Shown one piece after another: positions 19,759 through 29,885 of a DNA stretch of 64,000 nt (position 1 is its first letter; the number at the start of each line of letters is the position of its first letter). The translations under genes were made by a program, and so were the position numbers. The notes beneath the pieces were generated by a model. It saw nothing but the letters and a program-made list of their open reading frames with translations, ran no database searches and had not been told where the DNA came from. This stretch comes from an uncultured Campylobacter sp. (GTDB taxonomy: Bacteria > Campylobacterota > Campylobacteria > Campylobacterales > Campylobacteraceae). The DNA lies in NCBI GenBank assembly GCA_963527315.1, contig CAURQE010000008.1, positions 45,970 to 109,969 of the forward strand. The letters run 5' to 3'.

Positions 19759-20468
19759 TCACGGGCCTTTTGCGCGATGAAAAGAGTAGAGATATCTATC
19801 GAAAAGCTCTTGCAAAGACGCATCTCAAAGCCAGCGCTAGCGAGTTCCTCGGCAAAGCTTTTGGCGTCTAAAAAGCCCTCGATCGAGCTTGGCAGATACT
19901 CGTAGGCTTCTTGATTTTTGGAGATAAAGCCGCCTATTTTAGGCAAAATTTTACTTAGATAAAAGTCGCGAACGCCGGTTAAAAGCCCGCTTTTTTTGCG
20001 TTTGGTAAACTCTAGCACTACGACGTATCCGCCCGTTTTTAGCACTCTGTTAAACTCTCTTAGCGCGGCCTCGCGCTCGACCACATTTCTGATGCCGTAG
20101 CTGATGCTTAGCACGTCCACCGAGCCGCTATCAAGCGTCGTTTGCGTCGCTAACGCCTCGATAAATTTAAACTCTGGGAATTTTTGTTTAGCGACTGCTA
20201 GCATGCCGCTTGAGGGATCGACGCCGATTAGATTTTCGATTTTTGCGTTAAACTCGCCCGCAGTCTTTTGCCAAAAGCCCATCATATCGCCCGTGCCGCA
20301 TGCGACGTCGACGATATTTACGCTTGAGTCTTTGAAATTTGATAATACCGTTTTACACGCGATTTTACGCCAGCTCACGTCCGCGCCCATGCTCAGCACG
20401 CGGTTTGCCAGGTCGTAGGTGGGCGCGATGTCGTTAAACATCTGAACTATTTTTTCTTGTTTTTCCAT
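19752..20468 (-). CDS. ubiE: demethylmenaquinone / ubiquinone methyltransferase
   Basis: 238 aa. 'FNDIAPTYDLANRVLSMG'. SAM motif 'VDVACGTGD'. Confidence 0.9.
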   Translation of the reverse strand: MEKQEKIVQMFNDIAPTYDLANRVLSMGADVSWRKIACKTVLSNFKDSSVNIVDVACGTGDMMGFWQKTAGEFNAKIENLIGVDPSSGMLAVAKQKFPEFKFIEALATQTTLDSGSVDVLSISYGIRNVVEREAALREFNRVLKTGGYVVVLEFTKRKKSGLLTGVRDFYLSKILPKIGGFISKNQEAYEYLPSSIEGFLDAKSFAEELASAGFEMRLCKSFSIDISTLFIAQKAREC

Positions 20469-20477
20469 TTTTTCTCT

Positions 20478-21896
20478 TTAGATATAGTAGATTTTTAAGC
20501 CGTGCGAAAGCTTTGTGAGGCTTTTTAAAATTTTAGGTTTTGAGTCCAAAATTTCGCTTCGCAGCTCGTAGATTTTTTTGTAAATTTTAGCTTGGAGTTT
20601 GTCTATTCGCTTTTGTTCGGCGCCGCTTTTTACGTGCGCTAGCAGGCCTAGCCATATGTCGGCGTCTTGCAGCGAGCCGAAAACTTCTTGTAAAATTTTG
20701 CTCTTTTTAAAGCATTTTCTAGCCGCAGGGAAGCCAAAGCCGCCGCCGAAAATCTCGCTTAAGTATCTCAGCCTTTTTATCTCTATGCGGCACTTGTGAA
20801 ACTGCGCGTTTTGGGTGGTTTGGCTCAAATTTGAGAGAGATTTTTTAAGGCGTAAAATTTGAACTCGTATGGATTTTGCCGCGAGTTTTTTTATCGGCGC
20901 GTCTCCGAGTTCGCCTTTAAAAAAGTCGCTTCCCTCGCGTAAAAATACCTCCCAGTCGCGCAAAATTTCGTTCGCTTCCTCGCTTTGTAGCTCGGCTTGG
21001 ACGCTTTTAGCTAGGGTTTTGCTTAAATTTTCTAGCTCGCTAGCTAGCCCTTCAAAGCCTTTTTGTTTTTGTAAAAACTCGCAAAATACGTCTATATCGC
21101 GCTTTTGGTTAGTTAGCTCGGCTAGTTTTTTAAAATTTAGCAGAAAATAACAAGCCGTTTTTCGGTCAAAAACTGGAGTGAAAATTTTAAGTAAAGATCG
21201 TGTTTTGCGCAAATTTATGCGGATCTGATGCAGCGCCTCGGCATCTCTAGTGCTTGCGTATTCGTTTAGGTGTTTACGAAGCAGCGTAAAAATCTGAAAA
21301 AACACCGTCCGCATCGCATCCATCGCGCCGATGTAGCTTGGTAAATTTAGCTCCAGCCCCGGGCTGTTTTGTAAAATCTCAATGCTCTTTTGCGCGTCGA
21401 AACTGCCTTGCGGCAAGCCAAAAAGCGCTAAATTTTTATTTTTATAGCGCTCATCCTCCGTTACCTCGCTGATTACGTGCGCGGCGATAAACTCAGGCGG
21501 GTTAAACTCCGTCGCCTCGCGCTCGCTAGCAAACTCGGCCTCTAAAGTTACAAGCCCCTCTAAAGCGCCGTGAAAAATATCGACGTTGCAAGCAGCGCCG
21601 TCAAGCCGAAATAGAAATCTCGTCTTTTTTATAGGAGCAGCGACTGCGTTTTTTAGGGCTTTTTTAAAGCTTTTAGCGTCCGTTTCGCTCTCATTTTCCT
21701 CGCGCGCTAGACCGACGCCTGATTTTTGCGTGATCGTAAAGGCGCCAGAAGCCTCGCGAAATCTAATCTCTTCAAGCGAAGTTATTTTGACGTAAATTTG
21801 CGTCACCTCTTTTTGCTCGGTGCCGATATCGCGGGCCTTTAGCTCGCTTATGACGGCGGCGTCACGCAGGATAAATTTACGCTCGATCTCTATCAA
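20478..21896 (-). CDS. CYTH and CHAD domain-containing protein
   Basis: 472 aa. N-terminal 'IEIERKFIL' CYTH signature. Helical C-terminal half with 'HQIRINLRKTR' and 'HKCRIEIKRLRY' CHAD-type repeats. Confidence 0.75.
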   Translation of the reverse strand: MIEIERKFILRDAAVISELKARDIGTEQKEVTQIYVKITSLEEIRFREASGAFTITQKSGVGLAREENESETDAKSFKKALKNAVAAPIKKTRFLFRLDGAACNVDIFHGALEGLVTLEAEFASEREATEFNPPEFIAAHVISEVTEDERYKNKNLALFGLPQGSFDAQKSIEILQNSPGLELNLPSYIGAMDAMRTVFFQIFTLLRKHLNEYASTRDAEALHQIRINLRKTRSLLKIFTPVFDRKTACYFLLNFKKLAELTNQKRDIDVFCEFLQKQKGFEGLASELENLSKTLAKSVQAELQSEEANEILRDWEVFLREGSDFFKGELGDAPIKKLAAKSIRVQILRLKKSLSNLSQTTQNAQFHKCRIEIKRLRYLSEIFGGGFGFPAARKCFKKSKILQEVFGSLQDADIWLGLLAHVKSGAEQKRIDKLQAKIYKKIYELRSEILDSKPKILKSLTKLSHGLKIYYI

Positions 21897-22039
21897 ATTT
21901 CGCTCCTTAATATGAAAAATTGTATCAAAAGGTAGCTTAAAGTGTAAAATTTGCGAGCTTTTGCCGCCGACCTTGCGACGCGAAATGATTTTTTAACGCA
22001 AATAACGCTAAAATCAGCTCAAATTTGAAAGGAGTTTGG

Positions 22040-23116
22040 ATGAATAGAAAGCTAAATTTTAGTGCGGGCCCTTCGGCTCTGCCTCTTAGCGTGCTTGAGC
22101 GCGCGCAAAACGAGCTCACCGACTATCAAGGCAAGGGTTTTTCGATAATGGAAATCAGCCACCGAAGCAAGATTTTTGAAGAGGTGCACTACGGCGCGAT
22201 GGCTAAGGCGCGCGAGCTATACGGCATTGGCGAGGAATTTGACGTGCTATTTTTGCAAGGCGGCGCGCATTTGCAGTTTGCGATGATACCGCTAAATTTA
22301 GCCGCCAAAGGCGTCGCGCAGTATGCCGACACGGGCGTCTGGACTAGCAAGGCGATCAAAGAGGCCGCAAACGTCGGCGCAAGATACGAAGTGGTCGCTA
22401 GTAGCAAAGAGACCTCATACGACCGCATCCCCGAGGTCAAATTTGACGGCGACGCCGCATACGGCTACGTCTGCACGAACAACACCATCTACGGCACGCA
22501 GTACCGCGAGCTACCTCGCTCAAAGGCTCCGCTAGTAGTCGATGCGTCGAGCGATTTTTTCTCGCGGCCGGTTGATTTTACGGACGTGGGGCTGCTATAC
22601 GGCGGCGCGCAAAAAAATGCCGGCCCAAGCGGCGTAACCGTCGTCATCATCCGCAAAGATATGCTAGAGCGAGCCTGCATGGATCGCACTCCGACGATGC
22701 TTCGCTACGATACGCACGCTAACGCCTCGTCGCTATACAACACGCCTCCGACCTTTGGCATATATCTGCTAAATTTGACGCTGGGCTGGGTGCAGGAGCA
22801 GGGCGGTCTAGCGGCGATAAACGAGATAAACGAGCAAAAGGCGGCGCTGCTTTACGGAGCGATCGACGGTTCTGGCGGCTTTTACAAAGGTCACGCGCAA
22901 AAAGATAGCCGCTCGCTGATGAACGTTAGCTTTACCATCGCAAACCGCGATCTGGAGGCGGCCTTTATCTCCGAGTCCGAAAAAGCCGGCATGCTGGGTC
23001 TAAAAGGACACCGTCACGTAGGCGGCATCAGAGCCTCTATCTACAACGCCGTGAGTATCGAAAACGTGCGGACTTTGGCTGAGTTTATGAAAGAATTTGC
23101 TAGGAAAAACTGGTAA
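22040..23116 (+). CDS. serC: phosphoserine aminotransferase
   Basis: '[15 protein letters not shown]...' The ATG at 22040 is preceded by AAAGGAG. The track ORF begins earlier, at an alternative TTG (22025). Confidence 0.9.
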   Translation: MNRKLNFSAGPSALPLSVLERAQNELTDYQGKGFSIMEISHRSKIFEEVHYGAMAKARELYGIGEEFDVLFLQGGAHLQFAMIPLNLAAKGVAQYADTGVWTSKAIKEAANVGARYEVVASSKETSYDRIPEVKFDGDAAYGYVCTNNTIYGTQYRELPRSKAPLVVDASSDFFSRPVDFTDVGLLYGGAQKNAGPSGVTVVIIRKDMLERACMDRTPTMLRYDTHANASSLYNTPPTFGIYLLNLTLGWVQEQGGLAAINEINEQKAALLYGAIDGSGGFYKGHAQKDSRSLMNVSFTIANRDLEAAFISESEKAGMLGLKGHRHVGGIRASIYNAVSIENVRTLAEFMKEFARKNW

Positions 23117-23353
23117 ATTTGACTAGACGCGCCGCTCGAATTTAGCTTTGCTTCGGGTAAATTTAAGCCCGAGGCTAAACTGGGCGGTGCATTAAATTTT
23201 GCTTTTTACCGAAATTTAAGCGGCTTTGGCTTGGGAGCGGCTGCTCAAATTTGCTTTGGTTTTACGGCGAGCCGATTTTAAATTTACCTAGTTAAATTTA
23301 GCTCGCGCCCGCCTTTTGTTATACATTTTAAATTTGACCGCGCGAAGCAAGAT

Positions 23354-24163
23354 TTGGAGAAAATTTTGAGAAACTACGACGAAAATCCGATAATCATAAA
23401 CGATTACGGCGCGCTGTTTTTGGCGGGATGGTATATTATTCTTTACTCGATTCTCGTTTTTGTATTTGCTTTTAGCGACTATGGGCTTTTATACCGCATT
23501 TATCTTATTGCTTTGCCCGCATCTTTTTTATTATTCTGCCTATACAATACATACGTTTTCGCGCCGCGAGTTTTTAAACAAAAACCGAGCTTTTTTAGAT
23601 TTTCTAACGAGCAAATTTATCATGTAGAGTATGTCTACGTAAACAAAGTAGAGAGCAAGGAGAAAATCGCCCTCGTAAAAGACGTCGAAAAGGTCTATTT
23701 TTGCGTTATTAGCGAACTTGACAGTAGATACGGCAGATTTCACTTTTTTACCCCGTATCAGCTCTATAAAAAGTCCTCGATCGGCGTGCATTTTAACAAA
23801 ACGAAAGACTTTATAAGATATCTTTTAGTTTATCTGATATTTGCGCTGCCGTTTAAAATCTATAAACTCAAAAAATCTGGCGAACCGCTATGGCTACTGC
23901 GTAAAAATTTCGTCATAAGGATGAAAAATAGAAATTATTTTTTGGTAAATTGCTATAGTAGAGATGATTATTTTGAGCTGTTGCGGTATTTTCAGGCAAA
24001 CAAAATCCCTGTGGAGGACAAGACGAAATTTATGCCGCAAGCTCAAAGATCTGCGATATTTTTCGAGGACAAACACGAGGTTTGGAGCGACGATCCAAAC
24101 GACACGGAAATACCAAAAGACGACTGGAAGCGCAAGATGAGGCGATTTTTTAGTTTGGAGTAA
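23354..24163 (+). CDS. hypothetical membrane protein (two N-terminal TM helices plus soluble modules; possible bacterial PH-like repeats)
   Basis: 269-aa ORF in a very AT-rich island. Uncertain TTG start. No family recognised with confidence. Confidence 0.5.
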   Translation: MEKILRNYDENPIIINDYGALFLAGWYIILYSILVFVFAFSDYGLLYRIYLIALPASFLLFCLYNTYVFAPRVFKQKPSFFRFSNEQIYHVEYVYVNKVESKEKIALVKDVEKVYFCVISELDSRYGRFHFFTPYQLYKKSSIGVHFNKTKDFIRYLLVYLIFALPFKIYKLKKSGEPLWLLRKNFVIRMKNRNYFLVNCYSRDDYFELLRYFQANKIPVEDKTKFMPQAQRSAIFFEDKHEVWSDDPNDTEIPKDDWKRKMRRFFSLE

Positions 24164-24363
24164 ATTAGGCTTGAGTTTTTTGTCAAATTTACGTATAAAT
24201 TTACTTTTAGTTCGCCACTAAATTTTAACTACGTTTAGCTAAATTTACATATCTATTTTTAAAAGTAAACGCGCAGGCGAGAAGATTTTTGAAATTAAAA
24301 AGTATTTAATTAAGCAAAAAACTATTTTATAAATGTATAATAAATAAAAAATAGGAAAGAAAT

Positions 24364-24900
24364 ATGGAAAAAGAAAAATACGAAGAAAACGTAGAGTATG
24401 AATTTGACGAGGAATACGATAAGGAACTATACGACGTGATGCGTATAGAGACTGCCGACGGTAGCGGAGCATATATAGAGATAGTCATGCCCAAAACGCT
24501 TCTTAGCGTGAAACGTGCTAAATATATCGGCGGGTCATTTGAGATTTTGTTTCAAATCGTTATGCTTAGCGCATCTATTTATTTGATGTTAATCGGTAAT
24601 AATTATTCGTTTATCGGTATATTAGGTATTTTTTATTTTATAAAAATTTACTTTTATTCGTATTTTATAAAAAAGATATCCTGCTACGATACTTTTTTAA
24701 GTATTTATTATTTGTTTAGAGAAAGAAGCGTAGATTATGAAGAAATAAAATACGTTAAAATTATAAATAAATATATGATTATAAAAACCGTCGATTCCGT
24801 ATTTTATTTTGCAAGAGTTAATTTATCGTTATTTAATGCTGGCGATATTAAAAATTTGGAAGAGTTTTTAATCAACAAAAACGTAAAGATAATGAAGTGA
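24364..24900 (+). CDS. hypothetical membrane protein (acidic N-terminus, 2 TM helices, possible bPH-like C-domain)
   Basis: 178 aa. RBS AGGAAAG upstream. Its C-terminal pattern is similar to that of the 23354 product. Confidence 0.55.
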   Translation: MEKEKYEENVEYEFDEEYDKELYDVMRIETADGSGAYIEIVMPKTLLSVKRAKYIGGSFEILFQIVMLSASIYLMLIGNNYSFIGILGIFYFIKIYFYSYFIKKISCYDTFLSIYYLFRERSVDYEEIKYVKIINKYMIIKTVDSVFYFARVNLSLFNAGDIKNLEEFLINKNVKIMK

Positions 24901-25409
24901 TAAATTTAAGCGCAGATATATCGACAAAAGGCGAAAAGTTTCTTAGATTTGCGATGTTTACGGCTCATATCGCATTTTCACTTTTTGCGGCGCGGTTGGT
25001 CGCTGCGTGCTATTTGTATCATAGTTTTGCTCCGAATTTGCCGGTACCTATGGGCGTTTTGAGCGAAATTTTAGCCGGCGTATTGATCGGTATCGCGATA
25101 TTTCCGTCTCAATTTTACTCCGTAAAGCTTGATTTTTGGGGAACGCCTAGATATGCGAATTTTAGTTTTAGTAAATTTATAATTGTAATCTTCGTTTTTC
25201 CTATCGTAATCGGATTTTTATTTGATATTTGGCTTTTATTAAAAATAATAATGTTTATAAAGCATTATATAGATCGCTTTGTTATTTTCGTAAATAACGA
25301 ATGCGTCGCAAGCGCCGTTCGAATACTTGAGGCGGTGGTAGTTACGATATTTACCATCAAATATTTAATATATTATTTTTTGATTATTTTTTTTACTGCA
25401 TATTGTTAA
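24897..25409 (+). CDS. hypothetical polytopic membrane protein
   Basis: 170 aa with 4-5 hydrophobic helices. GTGA overlap with the upstream ORF suggests translational coupling. Confidence 0.55.
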   Translation: MINLSADISTKGEKFLRFAMFTAHIAFSLFAARLVAACYLYHSFAPNLPVPMGVLSEILAGVLIGIAIFPSQFYSVKLDFWGTPRYANFSFSKFIIVIFVFPIVIGFLFDIWLLLKIIMFIKHYIDRFVIFVNNECVASAVRILEAVVVTIFTIKYLIYYFLIIFFTAYC

Positions 25410-25454
25410 GTATAAATTTAATCATTCGCCTTCAAATGCTATGAAAGTTTAAAT

Positions 25455-26066
25455 TTAGCCTAAAGTAGCCGTTTGCAATCTTTTCTCGCGCCTGCGCCTT
25501 AGGATTTGAAAGGCCTCAAATGCGAGTTTAGCCGCCAAAACCGCGATAAAAATATGTCTAAAGGCATAAATTTTGCCTAAAATTTTATGTTTTTTAACGA
25601 TTTTTAGCGCGAGCGATTTAAACGCCTGCATGGGTTTTGATTTTAACTCGCCGACTAATTTATCTTTTAGCTCGCAAAGCAAGGCTAAGGCGACGTCTTT
25701 TGCGTATTCTCGTATCTTGGGCGAGGGGCGTTTTGGCGCTTGCTGCTTTTGCGCGGCGCCATAAATTTCATCTAGTTTTCGCATAAAATTTTGCCGCGCG
25801 TCCTTGCCTTTTAGTATTTTTTCGCCGGCTTGGCTTATCTCGTATATCCCGCGTCCGGTTTTTACGACTAGCCTTTGCGGAGGCGGCAAATTTAAAATCG
25901 CTGCGCTTGCGGCTAACGCATTTATGAGCGCGTCGGCTTTGCTTTGCGAGGCGTTTATGCTTTTTGCTAAAAACGCCGTTATTTCCTTTCTGCTAGCCTT
26001 TTTTCTATCGTTTAAAAACTTCGCCGTTAAAAATAATCCTTGATAATCCATCGCAAAAACTTTCAT
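25455..26066 (-). CDS. hypothetical protein, N-terminal winged-helix-like domain plus C-terminal TM anchor
   Basis: 203 aa. 'ASRKEITAFLAKSI...VVKTGRGIYEISQAGEKIL' looks like an Mrr_N/wHTH pattern. C-terminal hydrophobic 'FRHIFIAVLAAKLAFEAFQIL'. Confidence 0.5.
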   Translation of the reverse strand: MKVFAMDYQGLFLTAKFLNDRKKASRKEITAFLAKSINASQSKADALINALAASAAILNLPPPQRLVVKTGRGIYEISQAGEKILKGKDARQNFMRKLDEIYGAAQKQQAPKRPSPKIREYAKDVALALLCELKDKLVGELKSKPMQAFKSLALKIVKKHKILGKIYAFRHIFIAVLAAKLAFEAFQILRRRREKRLQTATLG

Positions 26067-27186
26067 ATTATATTAAATTGAGAATTATACTTAAAATATA
26101 TCAAAATAAAATAAAATCTGAAAATATTTTGGTTTTATCACGGTAAAATTAATTTAAGGCTTGTTTTGGCTTAAAGTTACGAAACGGCAAACGGATTTTG
26201 ACCGAAATGCCGCTTTAGAGCCTGTAAAACAATATATGGCGGGTTTTCGCGGTGCTTTGTTATAATTTGGATTTACGGTGCGCGGTAGCTATAAATTAAC
26301 GGCAAAATACCGCAAGCACTCGTTTCAAGCTTTGTTTTTTAGCGCGTAAATACGCAAAATCAAGTCGGTAAAATCGCTAAATTTGCATCCGAGTAGATAA
26401 ATCTAAGGCCATTTCGCGCTTAAGGCATGAATTAAAATCGTAAAACCTCGCGCTGGTACGAGCCGCGCGGGCAAACTGGCGCAAGCAGCCGCATATAAAT
26501 TTAGCCCCGATTAATAGCAAAAAATCTTACAAAGAGCGTTTTGGCGAAGTTGCAGGGCTTTAAAGAGCTAAAAATTACTTAGACGCTCGGATTTGCGGCG
26601 TTTATAAATTTAACCGCTAGCAAACGAAAAATCGCCGCTATGCAAGCTAAATTTAGCTCAAAAAGCAAGCTAAATCTTAAAAATAAAACCCCGTCGCCGG
26701 GTGCATCCCCCTAAATTTAACTCAAAAGCAAGCCAAATCAGCGCGCGATTGATATACTGCTTAAATCGCATCTTTTAAATCGCCGCCAAAGGCGTTTTGC
26801 AACCGAAATTTAGCTTTTTACCGCAAGAGCGAGTTTCACGGCTCTGCTCGCTTTAAGCGCGCTATAAGGGTAAATTTAAGCTAAGAAGATGTCTTTATCA
26901 ATGCGTTTAGCTTTTTTTGCTTTAGTAGATTAAAGCCCAAAGTCCGGTTTTAGCGCCGATGGTTTTGGCTAAGTGACCGCGAGCTAAGGTAAGATGCGCT
27001 AATGCGGCTTGCGGTTAAACCGTTAAATTTAGCCGCCCAATTTAGTCGATAGGTTGCTTTTTGCTGATGATTTTAAAACCCAAAGCCCTTAAATTTGGCT
27101 TACGATTTTAAATTATCTCGCGCATTTTTTAAATTTAATCCGCAAAATTTAACGTGGGAACGCAGCTTTAATCTAAACGCTTAAAT
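26067..27186. other. ORF-free AAATTT-rich spacer (about 1.12 kb, the largest in the window)
   Basis: No ORF of 60 aa or more in six frames. Contains repeated 'GCTAAATTTAGC', 'CTAAATTTAAC' and 'GTAAATTTAAGC' words. Confidence 0.7.
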
Positions 27187-28173
27187 TTAATTTACGAAAA
27201 ACTCCTGCGCGGGCTCTTTACTCTCAAACGGCTTCACGCAAATTTCGCGTTCGCCGATCCTAGCTCGCACCGCCGCGTCCTTGTTCGCCTTGGTATAAGC
27301 AAGTGCCAGCCGCACGGCAAACTCGAGATCAGACTCGTTAAATTTAGCCTCCACGAGACTAGTCGCGCCCACGACGCCCTCGTCAAATTTGATCTGCGTA
27401 AATTTGGGATTATTTAGAGCTAGCAGTTTGGCGTTGTCGTTTTCGTCGCGGCCGATGACCATTTTGGTGCCGTTTGCCAGGCGCAGATGCCGCCCGATAC
27501 GCAGCAGCTGCATATCCGCGCTAGTCATATCCGGGTCAAATTTGATGAAATCTTTGATTTTGTTTGAAAAGCTCTCGATCGTGAGCAAGCACCCGCCGCC
27601 TGGCGTCTCAAATTCGCTAAAGCCGAATTCCTTGGCAAGCGCGAGCTGCCTTTTGCGGTCGCGCCCGCTGATGCCTAGCAGCTTACTGCGATCGACCCAG
27701 CCTTCGCGCTCGGGCTTTGTGGGTTTCATCAGCTGCGCGGACATCGGGCGCAAGATAAGGTCGTCCTCGTCGCCCGCGGCGTTTTTGACCTGCGCCATCG
27801 CGTCGCGTCTTTGGCTCATCGGACGCTGGCCGATCACCTCGCCCGTAGCGATAAAGCTAGCGCCCTCCGCGTTCATCATCGCAAGCGCCGTTTTAAACAT
27901 ATATCCGTGACAGTCGATGCAGGGGTTAAAGTGCTTGCCGTAGCCGTGCTTTGGCGTAAAAAGCACCTCGCGCAGGTATTCGTTTCTGATATCTACGATC
28001 TTAAACTCGGCTCCGGCTTCGTTCGCGCGGCGGCGTAAAATTTCCGCCTTTTTCTCGTCGCCGCTAAAGCCGATGTCGATATGGATCGCCGTAACTTTGA
28101 TGCCTTGGCTGGTTAGAAGCTTGATAGAGATCATACTATCAAGTCCGCCGCTAAATAAAACTAATGCTTTCAT
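27187..28173 (-). CDS. PP-loop ATP pyrophosphatase family protein (ThiI/MnmA-like tRNA thiolation-type enzyme)
   Basis: 328 aa. N-terminal 'LFSGGLDS' PP-loop. 'CIDCH' Cys motif. 4-bp overlap with dnaG. Confidence 0.65.
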   Translation of the reverse strand: MKALVLFSGGLDSMISIKLLTSQGIKVTAIHIDIGFSGDEKKAEILRRRANEAGAEFKIVDIRNEYLREVLFTPKHGYGKHFNPCIDCHGYMFKTALAMMNAEGASFIATGEVIGQRPMSQRRDAMAQVKNAAGDEDDLILRPMSAQLMKPTKPEREGWVDRSKLLGISGRDRKRQLALAKEFGFSEFETPGGGCLLTIESFSNKIKDFIKFDPDMTSADMQLLRIGRHLRLANGTKMVIGRDENDNAKLLALNNPKFTQIKFDEGVVGATSLVEAKFNESDLEFAVRLALAYTKANKDAAVRARIGEREICVKPFESKEPAQEFFVN

Positions 28174-29843
28174 TTTTTAAGTTCCTTTAAAATTTCGTTG
28201 ATTTTTTTTAGTATCGGTTGCTTTTCTTCTAGCGAGATTTGCGACGCCGAATACTTTTTGTATAAATTTTTATAAAATCTTGTTTTAAAAAATTTTAGGT
28301 TTTGTAAAATTTCCTCCTCGTTTTTAAACGCCTCGTATTTTTCAAATATTATCTCGCGCACGGACGGATCGTTCGCGTCCGCTCCCGCTGCTATCGCCTC
28401 GTAGACTGCCCTGTGGCGCGCGAAATAATCGGGCTTTAAATTTTCTAAAATAAATTTTTTTAGACTCTGGTTTTCTATCATCGTTTTTAAAATTTGGATT
28501 TCTAGCGGGTCTTTGCGTCCCGAGTTTGCCCGTAAATTTTGCGTTTCGTAACCCTGCGCGTTTTGCTCCGTCCCGCCGTAGCCTTGCCGCGCCGCCGAAT
28601 TTGATCCGCGTGAGAGGCGAAACGACCCCTCGGCTATCTTTAAAATTTTAGCCACGAGCGGGACGTAGGAGTTTGCGACGACGGGCTTTAAGCTCGCGGT
28701 AAACGCCTGGATCGCTTCTAGCGCCTTTTGCTTTTGTACCGGGCGCGAGAGGTCAAAGCTGCTGGCTAAATGCCTGATGTAAAACTCGCCGATTTCCGTG
28801 CCGCTTTCAAAAATTTGACGCAGATACTCTATCTTGCCTGCGACGACCATATCTGCGGGATCGGCGCCGCCTTCTATGATGACGACACTGCCGTCGATTT
28901 CGTTTTGCGCGAGCAGCAGGGCGGACTTCGTCGCGGCATTTATGCCCGCGTCGTCGCCGTCAAAGCATAAGATAACGCTAATCTCGCCGCGTTTTAAAAG
29001 CGGCAAATGCTTGGTCGTGAGCGCGGTTCCAAGCACGGCTACGACGTTGTTAAAGCCCGCCTTGTGCAGCATGATGACGTCCACGTAGCCTTCGGTGATG
29101 ATGATCTGATTTTTGGTGAAAATTTCGCGTTTTGCCAGGTGATAGCCGTAAAAAAGCGTCGATTTATCAAAAACTGCGGACTGGGGCGAATTTACGTATT
29201 TAGCCGGGTTGCCGCTGATCGTGCGTCCGCCAAAACCCACGAGCCGTCCCGCGTGCGTATAGATAGGAAAGGTGATGCGGTTTATAAAGCTAGCGTAGAT
29301 GCCGTTTTCGTTTTGCTTTACGATGCCGATTTCTAGGGCTTCTTTTGGCTCTATTTGCTCGTTTTGCAGTAGCCTTATCGTCTGTGCGCTCTCAGGCGCG
29401 AAACCCAGCTCAAATTTATCTATCAGCTCGTCTGTGATACCGCGCGAGTAGAGATACTCCACGGCCGCGGGCGTTTTATAAAGTAGCGAGCGGTAAAAGG
29501 CGTTTGCGTTTTCTAGGATGTGCTTGTTTTCCTTCGCCGGTTCGCCGCCGCGTACGTAGTTTAGCGTGAAATTTTGCAAACTCGCGATCTTTTCGACGGC
29601 TTCTGGGTAGCTTAGCTTTTCGTAGTCCATCACGAATTTGATCGCGTCACCGCCGGCCTTGCACGAAAAGCAGTGAAATATCCCGCGCGTCGGGCTTACG
29701 CTCATGCTCGGGTTTTTATCGTCGTGAAACGGGCAGACGCACACGAAGTTCGCTCCGCTTTTTTTCAGCGGCAGATAGTGCCCGACTATATCGACGATAT
29801 CGGTTTGCGCTTTTAGTCTTTCTATTGATTTTGGATCGATCAT
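28170..29843 (-). CDS. dnaG: DNA primase
   Basis: 557 aa. Zinc finger 'CPFHDDKNPSMSVSPTRGIFHCFSCKAGGD'. TOPRIM 'EGYVDVI...FDGDDAG'. Confidence 0.95.
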   Translation of the reverse strand: MIDPKSIERLKAQTDIVDIVGHYLPLKKSGANFVCVCPFHDDKNPSMSVSPTRGIFHCFSCKAGGDAIKFVMDYEKLSYPEAVEKIASLQNFTLNYVRGGEPAKENKHILENANAFYRSLLYKTPAAVEYLYSRGITDELIDKFELGFAPESAQTIRLLQNEQIEPKEALEIGIVKQNENGIYASFINRITFPIYTHAGRLVGFGGRTISGNPAKYVNSPQSAVFDKSTLFYGYHLAKREIFTKNQIIITEGYVDVIMLHKAGFNNVVAVLGTALTTKHLPLLKRGEISVILCFDGDDAGINAATKSALLLAQNEIDGSVVIIEGGADPADMVVAGKIEYLRQIFESGTEIGEFYIRHLASSFDLSRPVQKQKALEAIQAFTASLKPVVANSYVPLVAKILKIAEGSFRLSRGSNSAARQGYGGTEQNAQGYETQNLRANSGRKDPLEIQILKTMIENQSLKKFILENLKPDYFARHRAVYEAIAAGADANDPSVREIIFEKYEAFKNEEEILQNLKFFKTRFYKNLYKKYSASQISLEEKQPILKKINEILKELKK

Positions 29844-29885
29844 AAGCGAGATTATACAATCGTTTTGCTATAATCGGCGTTAAAT

